NCBI RefSeq assembly: GCF_006345805.1
Contig: NC_043007.1
Location: 67,890,001 to 67,954,000, forward strand
DNA: 64,000 bases
Direction of reading: 5' to 3'
Source: Octopus sinensis
Lineage: Eukaryota
Position 1 is the first letter of the stretch. The number at the start of each line of letters is the position of its first letter. Made by a program: the position numbers and the translations under genes. The notes beneath the pieces are model-generated. The model was not told where the DNA came from. It did not search any database and saw nothing but the letters and a program-made list of their open reading frames with translations. Positions 36,958 to 49,956 of this stretch are shown here, one piece after another.

Positions 36958-37335
36958 GGAGGCGCAATGGCCCAGTGGTTAGGGCAGCGGACTCGCGGTT
37001 GTAGATTCGCGGTTTCGATTCCCAGACCGGGCGTTGTGAGTGTTTATTGAGCGAAAACACCTAAAGCTCCACGAGGCTCCGGCAGGGGATGGTGGTGATC
37101 CCTGCTGTACTCTTTCACCACAACTTTCTCTCACTCTTTCTCCCTGTACCTGTATTTCAAAGGGCCGGCCTTTTCACTCTCTGTGTCACGCTGAATATCC
37201 CCGAGAACTACGTTAAGGGTACACGTGTCTGTGGAGTGCTCAACCACTTACACTTTAATTTCACGAGCAGGCTGTTCCGTTGGTCGGATCAACCGGAACC
37301 CTCTTCGTCGTAACCGACGGAGTGCTTCCACATTT
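36958..37335 (+). mobile_element. SINE family D, full length, tail type 3
   Basis: Head and core (37106-37140), then cctgtatttcaaagggccgg...ggatcaaccggaaccctcttcgtcgtaaccgacggagtgc. Confidence 0.85.
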
Positions 37336-37572
37336 AACAGTTAATTTTATAGCTTGTATGTTGCCTGTTTGAAATGATAATAAAATTTTAAAAAAATAAC
37401 ATTCAGGTACAGTCACATTCACACATACACATACACACAAGCACACAGACGCTCACAAACACTCGCGCATTCACGTTAGCACATGCATTCATTCATTAAT
37501 TCATTCATACACACACACACATACGTATGTTTATATGTTCAAATAAATGTGCAAGAGTGAGTACGTGTATAC

Positions 37573-37966
37573 TCTTTTACTATTTTACTTGTTTCAGTCG
37601 TTTGACTGTGCCCATGCTGGAGCACCATGTTAAGTCGAGCAAATCGACCCCGGGACTTATTTTTTGTAAGCCTAGCACTTATTCTATCGGTCTCTTTTGC
37701 CGAACCACTAAGTTACGAGGACGTAAACACACCAGCATCGGTTGTCAAGCGATATTGGGGGAGGGGGCCAAACACAGACACACACAAATATATATATATA
37801 TATACGACGGGCTTCTTTCAGTTTCCGTCCACCAAATCCACTCTCAAGGCTTTGGTCGGCCCGAGGCTATAGTAGAAGACACTTGCCCAAGGTGCCACAC
37901 AGTGGGACTGAACCCGGAACCATGAGGTTCGTAAGCAAGCTACTTACCACACAGCCACTTCTGTGC
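37573..37966 (-). mobile_element. SINE family B, full length
   Basis: Colinear with other family-B copies. Confidence 0.9.
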
Positions 37967-38250
37967 CTATGTATGTATGTATGTATGTATGTATGTATGT
38001 ATGTATGTATGTATGTATGCATGTATGTATGTATGCATGTTTGTGTGTGTGTGTGTGTGTGTATGATGGACTTTTCCGTCGAAGACGACGTATGGGTGTT
38101 CAGCTTTTGCCGAACGATCTGCACAAAAGATTTCTTTATAGTGATCAAATATATGTGTCGCGCATTAGCGCACTCTCTCTCTCCCCATCAAATCTACATT
38201 ACTTGAAAATGTTCACGGTTAACCACACATTAGGTGTCGAAGTGATCGCA

Positions 38251-38368
38251 GAGCAACGTGAGATGAAGTGTTTTGCTCAAGAACGTAACGCACTGCCCGG
38301 TCCAGGAATTGAAACTACAATCTTGAGATCGTGAGTGTAACATCCTAACCACTTGGCCATGCGTCCTC
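38251..38368 (-). mobile_element. SINE family E, head
   Basis: Homologous to 53938-54067. Confidence 0.75.
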
Positions 38369-38370
38369 AG

Positions 38371-38543
38371 GCACAGGCGTCGCTGTGTGGTAAGACGCTT
38401 GATTCCCAAACACATGGTTCTGGGTTTAGTCCTACTGCGTGGCACCCTGTCTTTTACTATAGCTTCGGGCCGATCAAAGCCTTGTGAGTGGATTTGGTAG
38501 ACGGAAACTGAAAGAAGCCTGTCGTATAATATATATATTATAT

Positions 38544-38603
<60 letters not shown>

Positions 38604-38852
38604 CGTATATTTGTGTGTGTCTGCGTTTGATCCCAACATCACTTGACAACCGATGCTTGTGCGTTTATGTCCTCGTGTATGTCCCCGTGTATGTCCCCGT
38701 GACCTAGAGGTTAGGCAAAGGGTCCGATAGAATAAGTACTACAAAGAATAAGTCCTGGGGTCGATTTCTTCGACTAAAACCCTTTAAGGTGATGCTCCAG
38801 CATAGCCACAGTCAAATGACTGAAACAAGTAAAGGTGTAAAAGAATAAAAGG
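38371..38852 (+). mobile_element. SINE family B, full length
   Basis: gcacaggcgtcgctgtgtggtaaga head, internal (TA)n, tail aaatgactgaaacaagtaaa. Confidence 0.9.
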
Positions 38853-39209
38853 ATGAACATATGTATAAAAGGCCCTTATACAACTATACCTACCACTCAA
38901 AATCTCTTCTATAATTCAATGTCAGTCTGTCTGTCTGTCTGTGTATGTATGTATGCATGTATGTATGTATGTATGTATGTATGTATGTATACGACTATGT
39001 GTATATATATATATATAAAGAGGTAGACCAACAGAACAATGTTCAAGATAGGTTTTCTCTCGTGTTTCAGTTGCTAGGCTTGAAAATATATCATTGCTTC
39101 TGGTGAACCATGCTTCAGGTTCTCCATCTAACTTGTATGGCATGGCAAATAATGCCCAAAGAATTTTACTGCTTTCAGACACGACCAACCTGATTTTCAA
39201 AACATATAG

Positions 39210-39419
39210 GCGCATGCGTGGCTGTGTGATAAAAAGCGTGCTTCCAAACTACATGGTTCCGGATTCAATCTCAATGCGTGACACCTTGGACAGATCTTGG
39301 GAGTGGATTTGGTAGATGGAAGCTGAAAGAATCCCGTCATACACACACACACACACACCACACACACACACACACACCACACACACACACACACATATAT
39401 ATATACCGTCATATGTCTA

Positions 39420-39496
<77 letters not shown>

Positions 39497-39742
39497 CTCT
39501 CTCTCTCTATCTATCTATATGTATGTATGTATGTGTCTGTCTGTTGGCCCCCCCCCCGCTACAACGTGACAATCAGTGTGTTTATATCAACGTAACTTAG
39601 CGGTTCGGCAAAAGTAACCGATATTATAAGTACCAGGCTAAAAAAAATAAAGTACTGTGGTCGATTCATTCGACTAAAAATTCTCCAAGATATTGCTCCA
39701 GCATGGACACAGTCTAATGACTGAGACAAGTAAAAGGTAAAA
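39210..39742 (+). mobile_element. SINE family B with expanded (CA)n/(TCTA)n interior
   Basis: Family-B head and tail; the central microsatellite is expanded and has changed motif. Confidence 0.85.
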
Positions 39743-40319
39743 TTACTTTTTGAAACACAATTTTAAATAATTGATTTGTTAAATGGTGAAGCTAAACCTA
39801 CTCTGAAGAAATTTTGGTTTAGTTACCACATCATGAATAATATTTTAAAGTTTGGCATATGCAATGCAAGAAGTGAATGTAGCTATAATGAAGCTGGTCT
39901 GAAGTAAAATCTATCCAGGCATTGTATATCTATTTTTAAATTAAATGAATATGATTAATAGACGTCAATTGTTTAATAATATAGGCAGTAAATGTACGAA
40001 TAAACGGAGAACAAAAAAATAAATCTATCAATAATGGCTTTTTGACTATTTAAAACTAGACAAATAATACACATATGTACGGCTTCCGTATGTATCAGAG
40101 TTAATATATCTAAAAGAAATATATATTTAGGTGACTATTCACAATAAAACGTACTTGTCCAACTTTTCATTTGTCGTATGATTACTTGGTAGTTTGACTT
40201 GCTTGAAATAGCACTCCACCGCCTCAAAAAGGAGGGACGTATGAAATAACGTAGTCTTAAAAATGCACTGTCTGAAAGAAAGGGTGGCCACAAATGGAAC
40301 GCTTTCTCACATTGCAGTA

Positions 40320-40565
40320 AAGCAACAACAACAACAACAACCAACAACGACAATATTAGCAACGGCAACGCTTGGACTAAAACGACAAAATTAGCAGCAA
40401 ATTTGGGACGAAAACAACACCAACATTTGCAGCCACAAGACGACTAAAACAGCATCGTTAGCAACAATAAAGGCCCGGCCAAAACAACATTAGCAACAAC
40501 GACTGAAACGGCAACGTTAGCAACAAAAACGCTGGGACTAAAACAAGAAAATAACTGCAACATCG
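40320..40565. repeat. Degenerate minisatellite (acgactaaaacagcaacgttagcaaca-like units)
   Basis: Recurring gactaaaac / ttagcaaca blocks following an (AAC)n run. Confidence 0.6.
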
Positions 40566-40847
40566 ACCATTTGCTTCACTTTTACCCATACAAGAAGACA
40601 CAGTCGATGAATATGCATATATTGATACTGATGTTGACAGCCAAGTCAGAGTCCCTGGTCGTAGCTAATTTATGTAAAAATATTGTACTGATCAAATATT
40701 ACAAAACTTACTGAATGCAGAAGGGTGTTTTTATTGATACGTGTATTGGATTGTAACTCACTACGATATACACAAAGGCCCTTATACAACAATATCTGCC
40801 ACTCAAAATCTCTTCTATAATTCAATGTCTGTCTGTCTATCTCTCTA

Positions 40848-40940
<93 letters not shown>

Positions 40941-41132
40941 ACGAGTATATATATATATATATATACATATGTGTATAATGTTTCTTTCTATGTGAAGTTA
41001 TATATAGCAACAATTTAACATTACAGTGAAAAAGACTTCATACTTTTTAGTTGAATACACATCTATTAAGATTTTACAAGGAAAAGATTGACAGTTACTT
41101 GGAAGATTCGGTTTGTTAGTAAACATTTTCCG

Positions 41133-41187
<55 letters not shown>

Positions 41188-41319
41188 GTGTGTGCGTGTG
41201 TGTGTGCGTGTGTGTGTGCGTGTGTGTGTGTGTGTGCGTGTGTGTGACCGCGTGTGTATCGTTGAACCTTTCCTTTTTCTATGTGTGTGACCGCGTGTGT
41301 ATCCTTGAACCTTTCCTTT

Positions 41320-41395
41320 TTCTATGTTTCTGACGAAGAGCTCCGCTCGAAACGTTAAATCTTCTTTCTTTCCTTTCCTGAGCGTCCAATAACAC
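41320..41395 (+). repeat. Penelope-type repeat end with minimal hammerhead-like fold
   Basis: CTGACGA (41330-41336)-a-GAGC-tcc-GCTC-GAAA-CGTT...AGCG-TC (41381-41386). Confidence 0.6.
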
Positions 41396-41651
41396 TATAC
41401 TTGTTCCACGTCCTCGTGTTTTTGTGTTTTCTCTTTGTTCATGTTTGGAATAACTATAATTTGTTCATGTTTGGAATAACTACGCTATCCCTATCTGCTG
41501 ACCTAACAAATACTCTATCTAAATACGATCCGGATGACCCAGTGTGATTGCCCTTGTCCACACTGGAAAATCAGGGAAATGAAGTCGATACCTTTCAGAC
41601 AGTTGGGAGTTTCACCCAATAATGATGATGATGATGATGATAATAATGATG

Positions 41652-41690
<39 letters not shown>

Positions 41691-41701
41691 TAATAATAAT
41701 A

Positions 41702-41749
<48 letters not shown>

Positions 41750-41772
41750 CTGATGCTGATGCTGATGATGAT

Positions 41773-41810
<38 letters not shown>

Positions 41811-41815
<5 letters not shown>

Positions 41816-41973
41816 TCAAATTCCGCCTAGGTCGACTTTGCCTTTCATCCTTTCGGGGTCGATTAAATAAGTACCAGTAAATCCCTGGGGTCGATATAAT
41901 CGACTTAATCCCCTTGTCTGTCCTTGTTTGTCCCCTCTATGTTTAGCCCCCCGTGGACAATAAAGAAAGAAAT
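41811..41973 (+). mobile_element. SINE family A, 5'-truncated
   Basis: tgagttcaaattccgcc...gtggacaataaagaaa, inserted after an AAT/GAT array. Confidence 0.9.
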
Positions 41974-42005
41974 AATAATGAAAACCGTATAATAATGAAA
42001 TAATG

Positions 42006-42262
42006 ATGAAAAATGTTATGGTTGTACCTATAATAATTGGTGCACTGGAAACTCTAAGCAAAGATATAGACAAATAGTTGAGGGAGATTGGAATAGAATG
42101 TCCTACAGATCTTCTATAGAAAGCTTGTCTCTTAGGGTCAGGAAAGATTATCAGGAGGGTTTTAAGCACTTGAAAGATTATTGAAAGTTTGTGGATACCG
42201 AAGGTAGTAAACCATTAGCCATAAAAATCCCACCAAGAATAAGACTGAACCTGAGACAAATC
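42006..42262 (+). mobile_element. R4/Dong-like 3' end (C-terminus, 3' UTR, then (AAT)n)
   Basis: VVPIIIGALETL...L*KACLLGSGKIIRRVLST* (TGA 42171-42173); short UTR followed by aataatgataataataat. Confidence 0.75.
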
Positions 42263-42930
42263 AATAATGATAATAATAATTATCATCATCATCTCCATCT
42301 CCATCACTACTACCACCGTCATCGTTATCATAATCATCATCTTTATTATTAATAGTATTACAATTGGTTTTGTAATTCAGCGACAAATAAAAGTACATCT
42401 AATACACGTTTAGTAAATGTGAATTGGTTAAACGAGAAAGGCAATTTGTTGAAGGTATTTTCTTGAGTATTTCAACCAGAATTGATAATTCTCTACTTTT
42501 TCATTTCAACTCCCAGTCAGGAATCGGTCCTTCTTTGTGCTAAGCTTTCAGGAAGCCGTGTTTTCCAAACAGATTTTGTCTCCTGTCTGACTGAATGATA
42601 CTTTTATTTATTTATTTATTTATTTATTTATTTTCTTTCTCTGTTCGTTTCCGTTCCGTTCTGTTGGCTTCAGGCAGTAGATGACTAGTTTTCTTTACAA
42701 TGCTACCTTTAAAATTCATTTGGATGTGTTAAAACAGGAGAAGAAAACTCTGAATACGACAGACAGTACGCTAGAGTACCAAAGAAATCGGTTACCGCTT
42801 CCGCATCGTATAAAAAAAAATGCTATTTGATTTTGACTCTCCTCTTGTCAAGAATATTTGCTGTTTTTGTAAAAAGAGACCCCCCCCCCCAGAAAAAAAA
42901 CAAGCAAACGAAAAACAAAACAAAAAACCG

Positions 42931-43111
42931 GCACAGGCATGGCTGTGTGTTAAGAAGTTTGCTTCCGAACCATATGGTTTTGAGTTCAATCCCACTGCAT
43001 GGTATCTTGGGTAAGTGTCTTCTACTATAGCCTAAGCCCGACCAAAGCCTTGCGAATGGATTTGGAAGAGAGAAACTGAAGGACGCCCGTCGTATATATA
43101 TATATAATATA

Positions 43112-43145
<34 letters not shown>

Positions 43146-43323
43146 CATATATACACATATACATATACATATATATATACATATAATGTAAATATATATA
43201 TATTTACATATACATATGTGTGTGTATGTGTGCGTGTGGGTGTGTGTCTGTGTTTTTCCCTCACTATTGTTTGACAACCGTTGTTAGTGTATTTACGTAC
43301 CCGTAACTTAGCGGTTCGGCAAG
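42931..43323 (+). mobile_element. SINE family B, 3'-truncated
   Basis: Head, (TA)n, then body up to cttagcggttcggcaa. Confidence 0.85.
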
Positions 43324-43689
43324 ATGCAAATACAGGTATGCATATATCTACAGAGATACTTTACAATTAAAGGCTTTTTTACTGCAAACACAACTGCTGT
43401 ATAAGTCACTCTTACATGCTACAGTTTGTGCTCCTCTCACACGATAGACCCAAGCATATAACTAGTATCTAACCGTCTTCCATTCCCAGTTGAATTCACT
43501 TTTTTAAAGATTATTCTAGTCCATAGAACTCTTCCAGAGAGTTCTTTATTCTATTATACTGAGTCTGTTCACTAGACAAGATCTCCAGATATCTACACGG
43601 CCCATCTCTTACCAAATCCTTTGATATTATAACCAGGATGATACAAAAAAATGTTCCGAAGAATCCAAGAAAAAACGGAAACATTCCAT

Positions 43690-43790
43690 AGAGGCTTGTC
43701 TTCGCTTCCTTTGTGGTGTCTGCTTGTTATCCATTAGGTGCAACACTAAACCGTATAGCGAGTGGCTACAAGATTGGGAACATTAAGGGC
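43690..43790 (+). mobile_element. R4/Dong-like RT fragment (tentative)
   Basis: Translates ..PLGATLNRIASGYKIG, resembling the PLSxxLN...GYxIG segment after the QGD motif. Confidence 0.35.
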
Positions 43791-44354
43791 AGTTTCTAGT
43801 TCTGTGTGAAATTCATCAAACAATATGTTAAGTTATAAAATTTGCTAAAAAATACTTTCCAGGTTATATAGCATCAGTATAGATTTTGGGCTTGAGAACT
43901 GCACTAAGGCCAATGCAAAAAAAATAACCCTGATATTAAAGAGGTTGTGATCAAAAAAGTTTATAAACAAAATACTGACATAGTATTAATTAAAACAAAA
44001 TAATTATGTCGATGAAAATAATAGGATATATAATTTTGACACAAATAGGTTAACAAGTTAATGAGGATAGAATTATTGTGTTCATGAAAATTAATCATTA
44101 TAAAACTAAAATTATTAAATGAGTATGCAAGTAATTAAGAAATTTCGAGATAGGTAGAATTTGGATACATCGAATAATTCAAGCGTCGCCCGTGAACGAA
44201 TATGTCTTGGTAACATGTATCATGCTTTCTCTAATCGTTTTAGGTGTCTGTGTTTTGGGCTTGAGACATAGAGGCCCTCTCGACTCTTCGGCTTTTTGAA
44301 CAGGTAAAGTAACTATATAAATGTATATATAATATATATATATATAATATATAT

Positions 44355-44388
<34 letters not shown>

Positions 44389-44593
44389 CATATATTTATA
44401 TAATGAATGAGGAAACAGAAAATTTAGTTTGCAAAATTTTTTATTCAAGACAATGATAGTTTCGATCCGTCCTGTACCCGTCCTTTACAAGTGAGGTATT
44501 GCACAGCTAGTTGTGTTGCATCCATCAGTGCAGGCTGCATCTCATCAGGTGTCTTGTTTTAAATCAGATACATCATCATCATCATCATCATTA

Positions 44594-44661
<68 letters not shown>

Positions 44662-44708
44662 CTCTTTCTTCTCTCTCTCTCCTCTCTATATATATATAAT
44701 TAATATAT

Positions 44709-44758
<50 letters not shown>

Positions 44759-45204
44759 ATATATATATTATACCACGCACATATTCAAATATGTAGTACA
44801 ATGCTAAATAAACACACATTCCACATACTCATATAAATATGTATATTCGCTTGTAAGCTTAAGTATGTAAAAGCGTTGTTCTTATGTACAAGCACTCAAT
44901 AATACGAGTATTACATTGATTTATGTTTGACAATTTATTGCTCTCTCAGCTATTGGTAGTGGTTGACGATCGGCCAATTCATGAAAATAACCTATGTCAT
45001 GTTGACACAGACTGATTTAGTCTCCCTCAAAATCTTGTTAAAAATGCTAGTGAAAGTCCACTCACAAGAAAGTCCAATCACAAGAGAATGCTTGCATCAA
45101 ATCCGATACAATTAGAAGCTATCAGAAAATGATAACAGTCTAAACTTCTGGTTAAAATGTTTAAGAAGTACATGTAAAATACTAACCAAATTGTTTATGA
45201 ACAG

Positions 45205-45348
45205 GCACAGGCATGGCTGTGTGGTAAGAAGTTTGCTTCCCAACTACATGGCTCTGAGTTCAGTTCCACTGCTTTCCACCTAGGGTAAGTGTCTTCTACT
45301 AAAGTTCCGAGCCGAGTAGATTTGGGAGACGGAAACTAAAAGAAGCCC
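45205..45348 (+). mobile_element. SINE family B, 5' half
   Basis: gcacaggcatggctgtgtggtaagaag...ggaaactaaaagaagccc. Confidence 0.8.
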
Positions 45349-45422
45349 CTTTCAATACAAATATACATATACATACATACATACATACATACATACACAC
45401 ACACATACACACACACACACAC

Positions 45423-45462
<40 letters not shown>

Positions 45463-45673
45463 ATTTGGTTTGTAAGATTCTTTATGTGAATTCGTGTGTT
45501 GAAGCATATTTTGTTGTGTCTGGGGAGTCATTCTCTTTTAGTGCAACATTTTCAATAATCGTTGACTCTGTCCGCTATCGGAACTGCATTTCTTTGTGCG
45601 CATGCGTGTGCGTCAGTGTGCGTGCGCATACATATATGTATGTATGTATATATGTATGTGTGCATAAGCATGT

Positions 45674-46043
45674 ATGTTCTTCAATCAGGATAATGCTCGG
45701 CCACATACAGCGAGGATGAGGCAGTTTAAATGGGAAACGATGTCCCACCCACCATATTCGCCGGATATTGCCTCATATAATTGTCATTTATTCCGCAGTC
45801 TTCAAAATCATTTGGACGGAAAAGAATATGAATTCTGTAGACGAGGTCAGAATAGTATTGGTGGAGTATTTTTGGTCACGGACAAGTGAATTTTGGAAGG
45901 TGGGCCTTGCAAGTATACTAGATAGATGGAAGAACATTGTAGAAATTGAAAGAGAGTATATGTTGGATTAAAAAAGGATTTTATCTTAATTTTGAAAAAT
46001 AAAAGAAGTATAAAAAAATCGCATTATTTATGGGATGACTAAA
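45674..46043 (+). mobile_element. Mariner transposase pseudogene, 3' fragment plus TIR
   Basis: QDNARPHTA...HPPYSPDIASYNCHLFRSLQNHLDGK / frameshift / ...FWKVGL..I.DRWKNIVE..REYMLD*, then aaaatcgcattatttatgggatgactaaa followed by TA. Confidence 0.9.
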
Positions 46044-46190
46044 TAGATATCATGGTAAGGAACACTCATATCATTTTAAAAAATAGTGATAAGAAAACTG
46101 TACCAAACATGTGCAAATTACTAGGAATTAATGAACCAGATAGAGTGCATAGCAGAAAAACGAAAGAAAATATTATGATGTGTTATACTG

Positions 46191-46398
46191 ATTTCAATTT
46201 TTGGCACAAAACCAGGAGGATCGGGGGCTGAATCGATTAAATCGACCCCAGTGATCAACTCGTACTTATTTTATTGATCCTAAAACAATGAAAGGAAAAT
46301 TCGACCTCGACAGAATTTGAACTTAGAACGTGAAAGCGAATGAAATGCTACTAAGCATTTGGCTCCTCGTGCTAACGATACTGCCAACTCGCCTCCTT
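46191..46398 (-). mobile_element. SINE family A, old copy
   Basis: Diverged family-A head and body with older-type tail. Another diverged + copy at about 46510-46700. Confidence 0.7.
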
Positions 46399-47105
46399 GT
46401 TGGGCGATATTATAAAACATATTTAAACGATACCTTATGCAAAACAAAAGGAATGTAATAGATATCAATGTTCTAGCTATTTCAATACTGTTATAACAAT
46501 GATATCATCAACTGGACGGTGAGTTGATCGAATAGTTAGAATGTTGGAAAAAATGCTTTGTGGTATTTGTTCCGATTCTTTCCATTCCGAGTTCAAATCC
46601 CATCCATCGTTTTGGGGTTGACAAGAGTAACTGCCAAGTGATGGAGCGATTTAATTATTAAATTGCTTTGCCTTGTGACTAAATCAGAAACCATTAGCAA
46701 CTGGACAGTGGATGAATTATCTAGACAACAGTAAAAAACAAAACAAAAAAAAACAAATCGCATTTATCGTTTTAGAATAATATTCCACCCAAAATTTGAT
46801 ACAGAAAGATTATGTTTATATCACGAATATTGGGGATTAGTGGACTAAAACAATTAGAAAATTAAAGTAACCACTGAAGAACTACAAAAACGTCTAGGAA
46901 AGAATAATTGAAAATAATTGAGAACCAACAGAAAGACTTGCGAAACACGAACAAAAAGATAAGCTGTTTTTTTCTTCTTCAAGGAAGCCAATAGACACTG
47001 AAACCAGATGCAATTTTTAGGGAAAAGAAGAAATAGTAATAAAAATTGCGAAAATGCTAAACATTAAGCCAAAAATGGGACTTTGTAATCTCATGCTATA
47101 TATAT

Positions 47106-47336
47106 ATTTCTTTACTACCCACAAGGGCTAAACACAGAGGGGATAAACAAGGACAGACTAACGGATTAAGTCGATTACATCGACCCCAGTGCGTAACTGG
47201 TACTTAATTTATCGACCCCGAAAGGATGAAAGGCAAAGTCGACCTCGGCGGAATTTGAACTCAGAACGTAACGGCAGACGAAATACGGCTACGCATTTCG
47301 CCCGGCGTGCTAACGTTTCTGCCAGCTCGCCGCCTT
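47106..47336 (-). mobile_element. SINE family A with 18-bp TSD
   Basis: TSD atctcatgctatatatat at 47088-47105 and 47337-47354. Confidence 0.93.
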
Positions 47337-48717
47337 ATCTCATGCTATATATATGCTTACGGGAACGATAATATATGAAAAAAAGAAGAAAAAACCCGAA
47401 AAACACGTTAATACGAGAAATAAAGAGAAATTGCCGAAACAATAAACAAATTAGACAATAAAACAAAATTGAAGTGGCATATTAAATTCTAAATCAGAAT
47501 TATATATACTCTCCCTTCAACTGTCCTTCACTATCAATGCCTGACACAGCTAGGAGATGGGCCTCTCAACTTTCTGCTCAGCTTCTGCGACAAAGGTAAC
47601 CCTCTCCGCCAATTGCGGTGTGCTGTTGAAACGGGAGCCTCCGAATCCTGTTATTGGAGTTGTCCTTTCTTACTTTTAAAAAACATTGGACTAGAAAACC
47701 TCGTCTAATAGAGGGTTTGGTTAAGAAGTCTGGTTTATGGTCCTTAAGACTAAAGTGTGATGTTCTTGGGTTGTAGGGCCCAGTGAGTATATTTACAAGT
47801 TTACATTGGTTGGTATTGATGGAGTCCAGCGCTAACTGTGGTGCTGTCCTATAAGATTTGTGTAGCTCTTAATCCTTCACATCCCCACCTACCTAGCTCT
47901 ATCCACTAGCTTTCTATTTCTTTTCTTTTCTCTACTTTTACCAATTACCAGTCACCTCTGCTACCATTCTGTTATTGAACGTTGATATGTTCGCGTCTTT
48001 TTCTTGGGATGTCTACTATATAAGGACTTTAACCTACATGGATATACTCAGGATTGCTCCTAAAGACTTACATTCATGGATATACGTAGGATTGCACCTA
48101 AGAACTCATGCTTTGGTTTCTATAACTTCGGAAAGTTGAACTATGAACTTTTATGCCTCTTTTTTCTTTTCTCTTTCCCTCTCCATATTCTTTTACTCTC
48201 TTCCTCTATGTTATCAACTTATTGATATATACCATTCCCATTTTCCGTATTTTCCCCCCAATTTGTCTCTGGATGACGGAATATCTCGTACTCCAAGATA
48301 TCCCAGAAATAGGTTTAAGATTTTGAATCTCTTCCTGTAGTAATATTGTATACGACTTGAGATTTTGCCTTGCCTTAATGTTCGACGTCCTGTTTAACAA
48401 TTATATATATATATATACACACGCATGTGTGTGTATGTATGTGTGTGTGTGAGTGTGTGTGTGTGTGTACATATGTATATATATATTATCTATAATACAT
48501 TAAAAGTCAGCTTGAATCTTGCTTGCTTCCAACGTTACCCAGCCAAACTGGCGCTTAATGGGAAAATACTATAAATTGAGTTTACTCTGAAATATTGATA
48601 TGAACGGAATAAAACAAGTTTCCCGTAAATCGGAAGTTGTGGAGGTATTAGAGGTTTTCGGGGTATAAACACTCAAAAAGGTGCACAATGGGAAAATATT
48701 CCGAAATATACATTAGA

Positions 48718-48792
48718 TAGCCTTAGATTTGGTAGCTGAACTACAATCCTTTACAATAAAGGTTTGTAGTTCAGCTACCAAATCTAAGGCTA
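48718..48792. other. Near-perfect 75-nt palindrome/hairpin
   Basis: 29-bp perfect arms (48718-48746 / 48764-48792), a T-T mismatch, 6 more pairs, and a 3-nt loop (caa). Confidence 0.95.
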
Positions 48793-49600
48793 GAGGACAG
48801 TGCCTGTTTAGAATGAAGGGCAGGAGTGAGTTGACAATTTATAGTTGGGTATGAGCATACATTTTAGGATTTGTATCAGTAACTATCTATAAAGGAGGCT
48901 GGGTAGGAGAAGACCCCACATCATGATGTTAATTACCAGTTAAAGGGGCAAAACGCTAATAAAACCTATGATGTTAATACAGAGGAAATTATCATGATTG
49001 TATATAAATAATATTGTTATGTTGTATAAAGATAAAATTTAAGATGACTAAAAATGATATTATAACCAGAATAGATAAAATGTGTATATATACCAATTTT
49101 CAACTTTAGAAAGGGAAGATTACATGTGTCCAACTGATCAAAAATTCTATTTATTTATGCAGCTGAGGATAGCCCTGCATTTAAATTAATGTAATGATTG
49201 CAGTGTTCAATTAAATGGAGTCACTTGAAACGACGTACTGCATCACCTCTTGATATCCTGTTGCTTATTTTGACTATATATATATGTACATACACACACA
49301 CGCACAGACAATTATGCGGATAAACATATTAAATATAGAAGCTTGGATGTAATATACAAAATATGTACATATGTATATATACAAACAGAAAGAAAGCAAA
49401 AACTGAGATTTTCAGGCGATGAATATTTATGTACAAATATGTAGATATTTATATATTAATATATAAAACTTACACAGAACACAAAACGACAGAGAAAATG
49501 AGAGTTGAAGAAGTAATATATCATAAATCCCTTTAAGTATGTATTTATACTTAAATATTCATCGTCTGAAAAATTCAGTCTTTGCATTCTTTCTGTTTGT

Positions 49601-49671
<71 letters not shown>

Positions 49672-49956
49672 CACGCACACACACACACACACACACACAA
49701 ACAAACATACACACATACACACATACACACACACACATTGTATATCATACTCAAGATATTATATTTAATTTGTTTATCCGCATAATCGCCTTCATATCGG
49801 TTCAACTTGATTCCTCTTATAGCCACATACCTACTCTTTACCTCGCGGAATTGGTCCTTCGTAAAGACATCGGAGTCTGAGTTCGAATCATTTAAGCGCT
49901 ACTAAATGCTTTCAATACTGAGAATCTCTGGATCTCATTTGTTGACTATATATATC

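Noticed and set aside
2674-47371. Recurrent peptide MRNWYL..RP.KDERQSRPRRNLNSER (2674, 3222, 20115, 47189)
   Set aside because: It is the antisense translation of SINE family A and recurs only because the SINE does.
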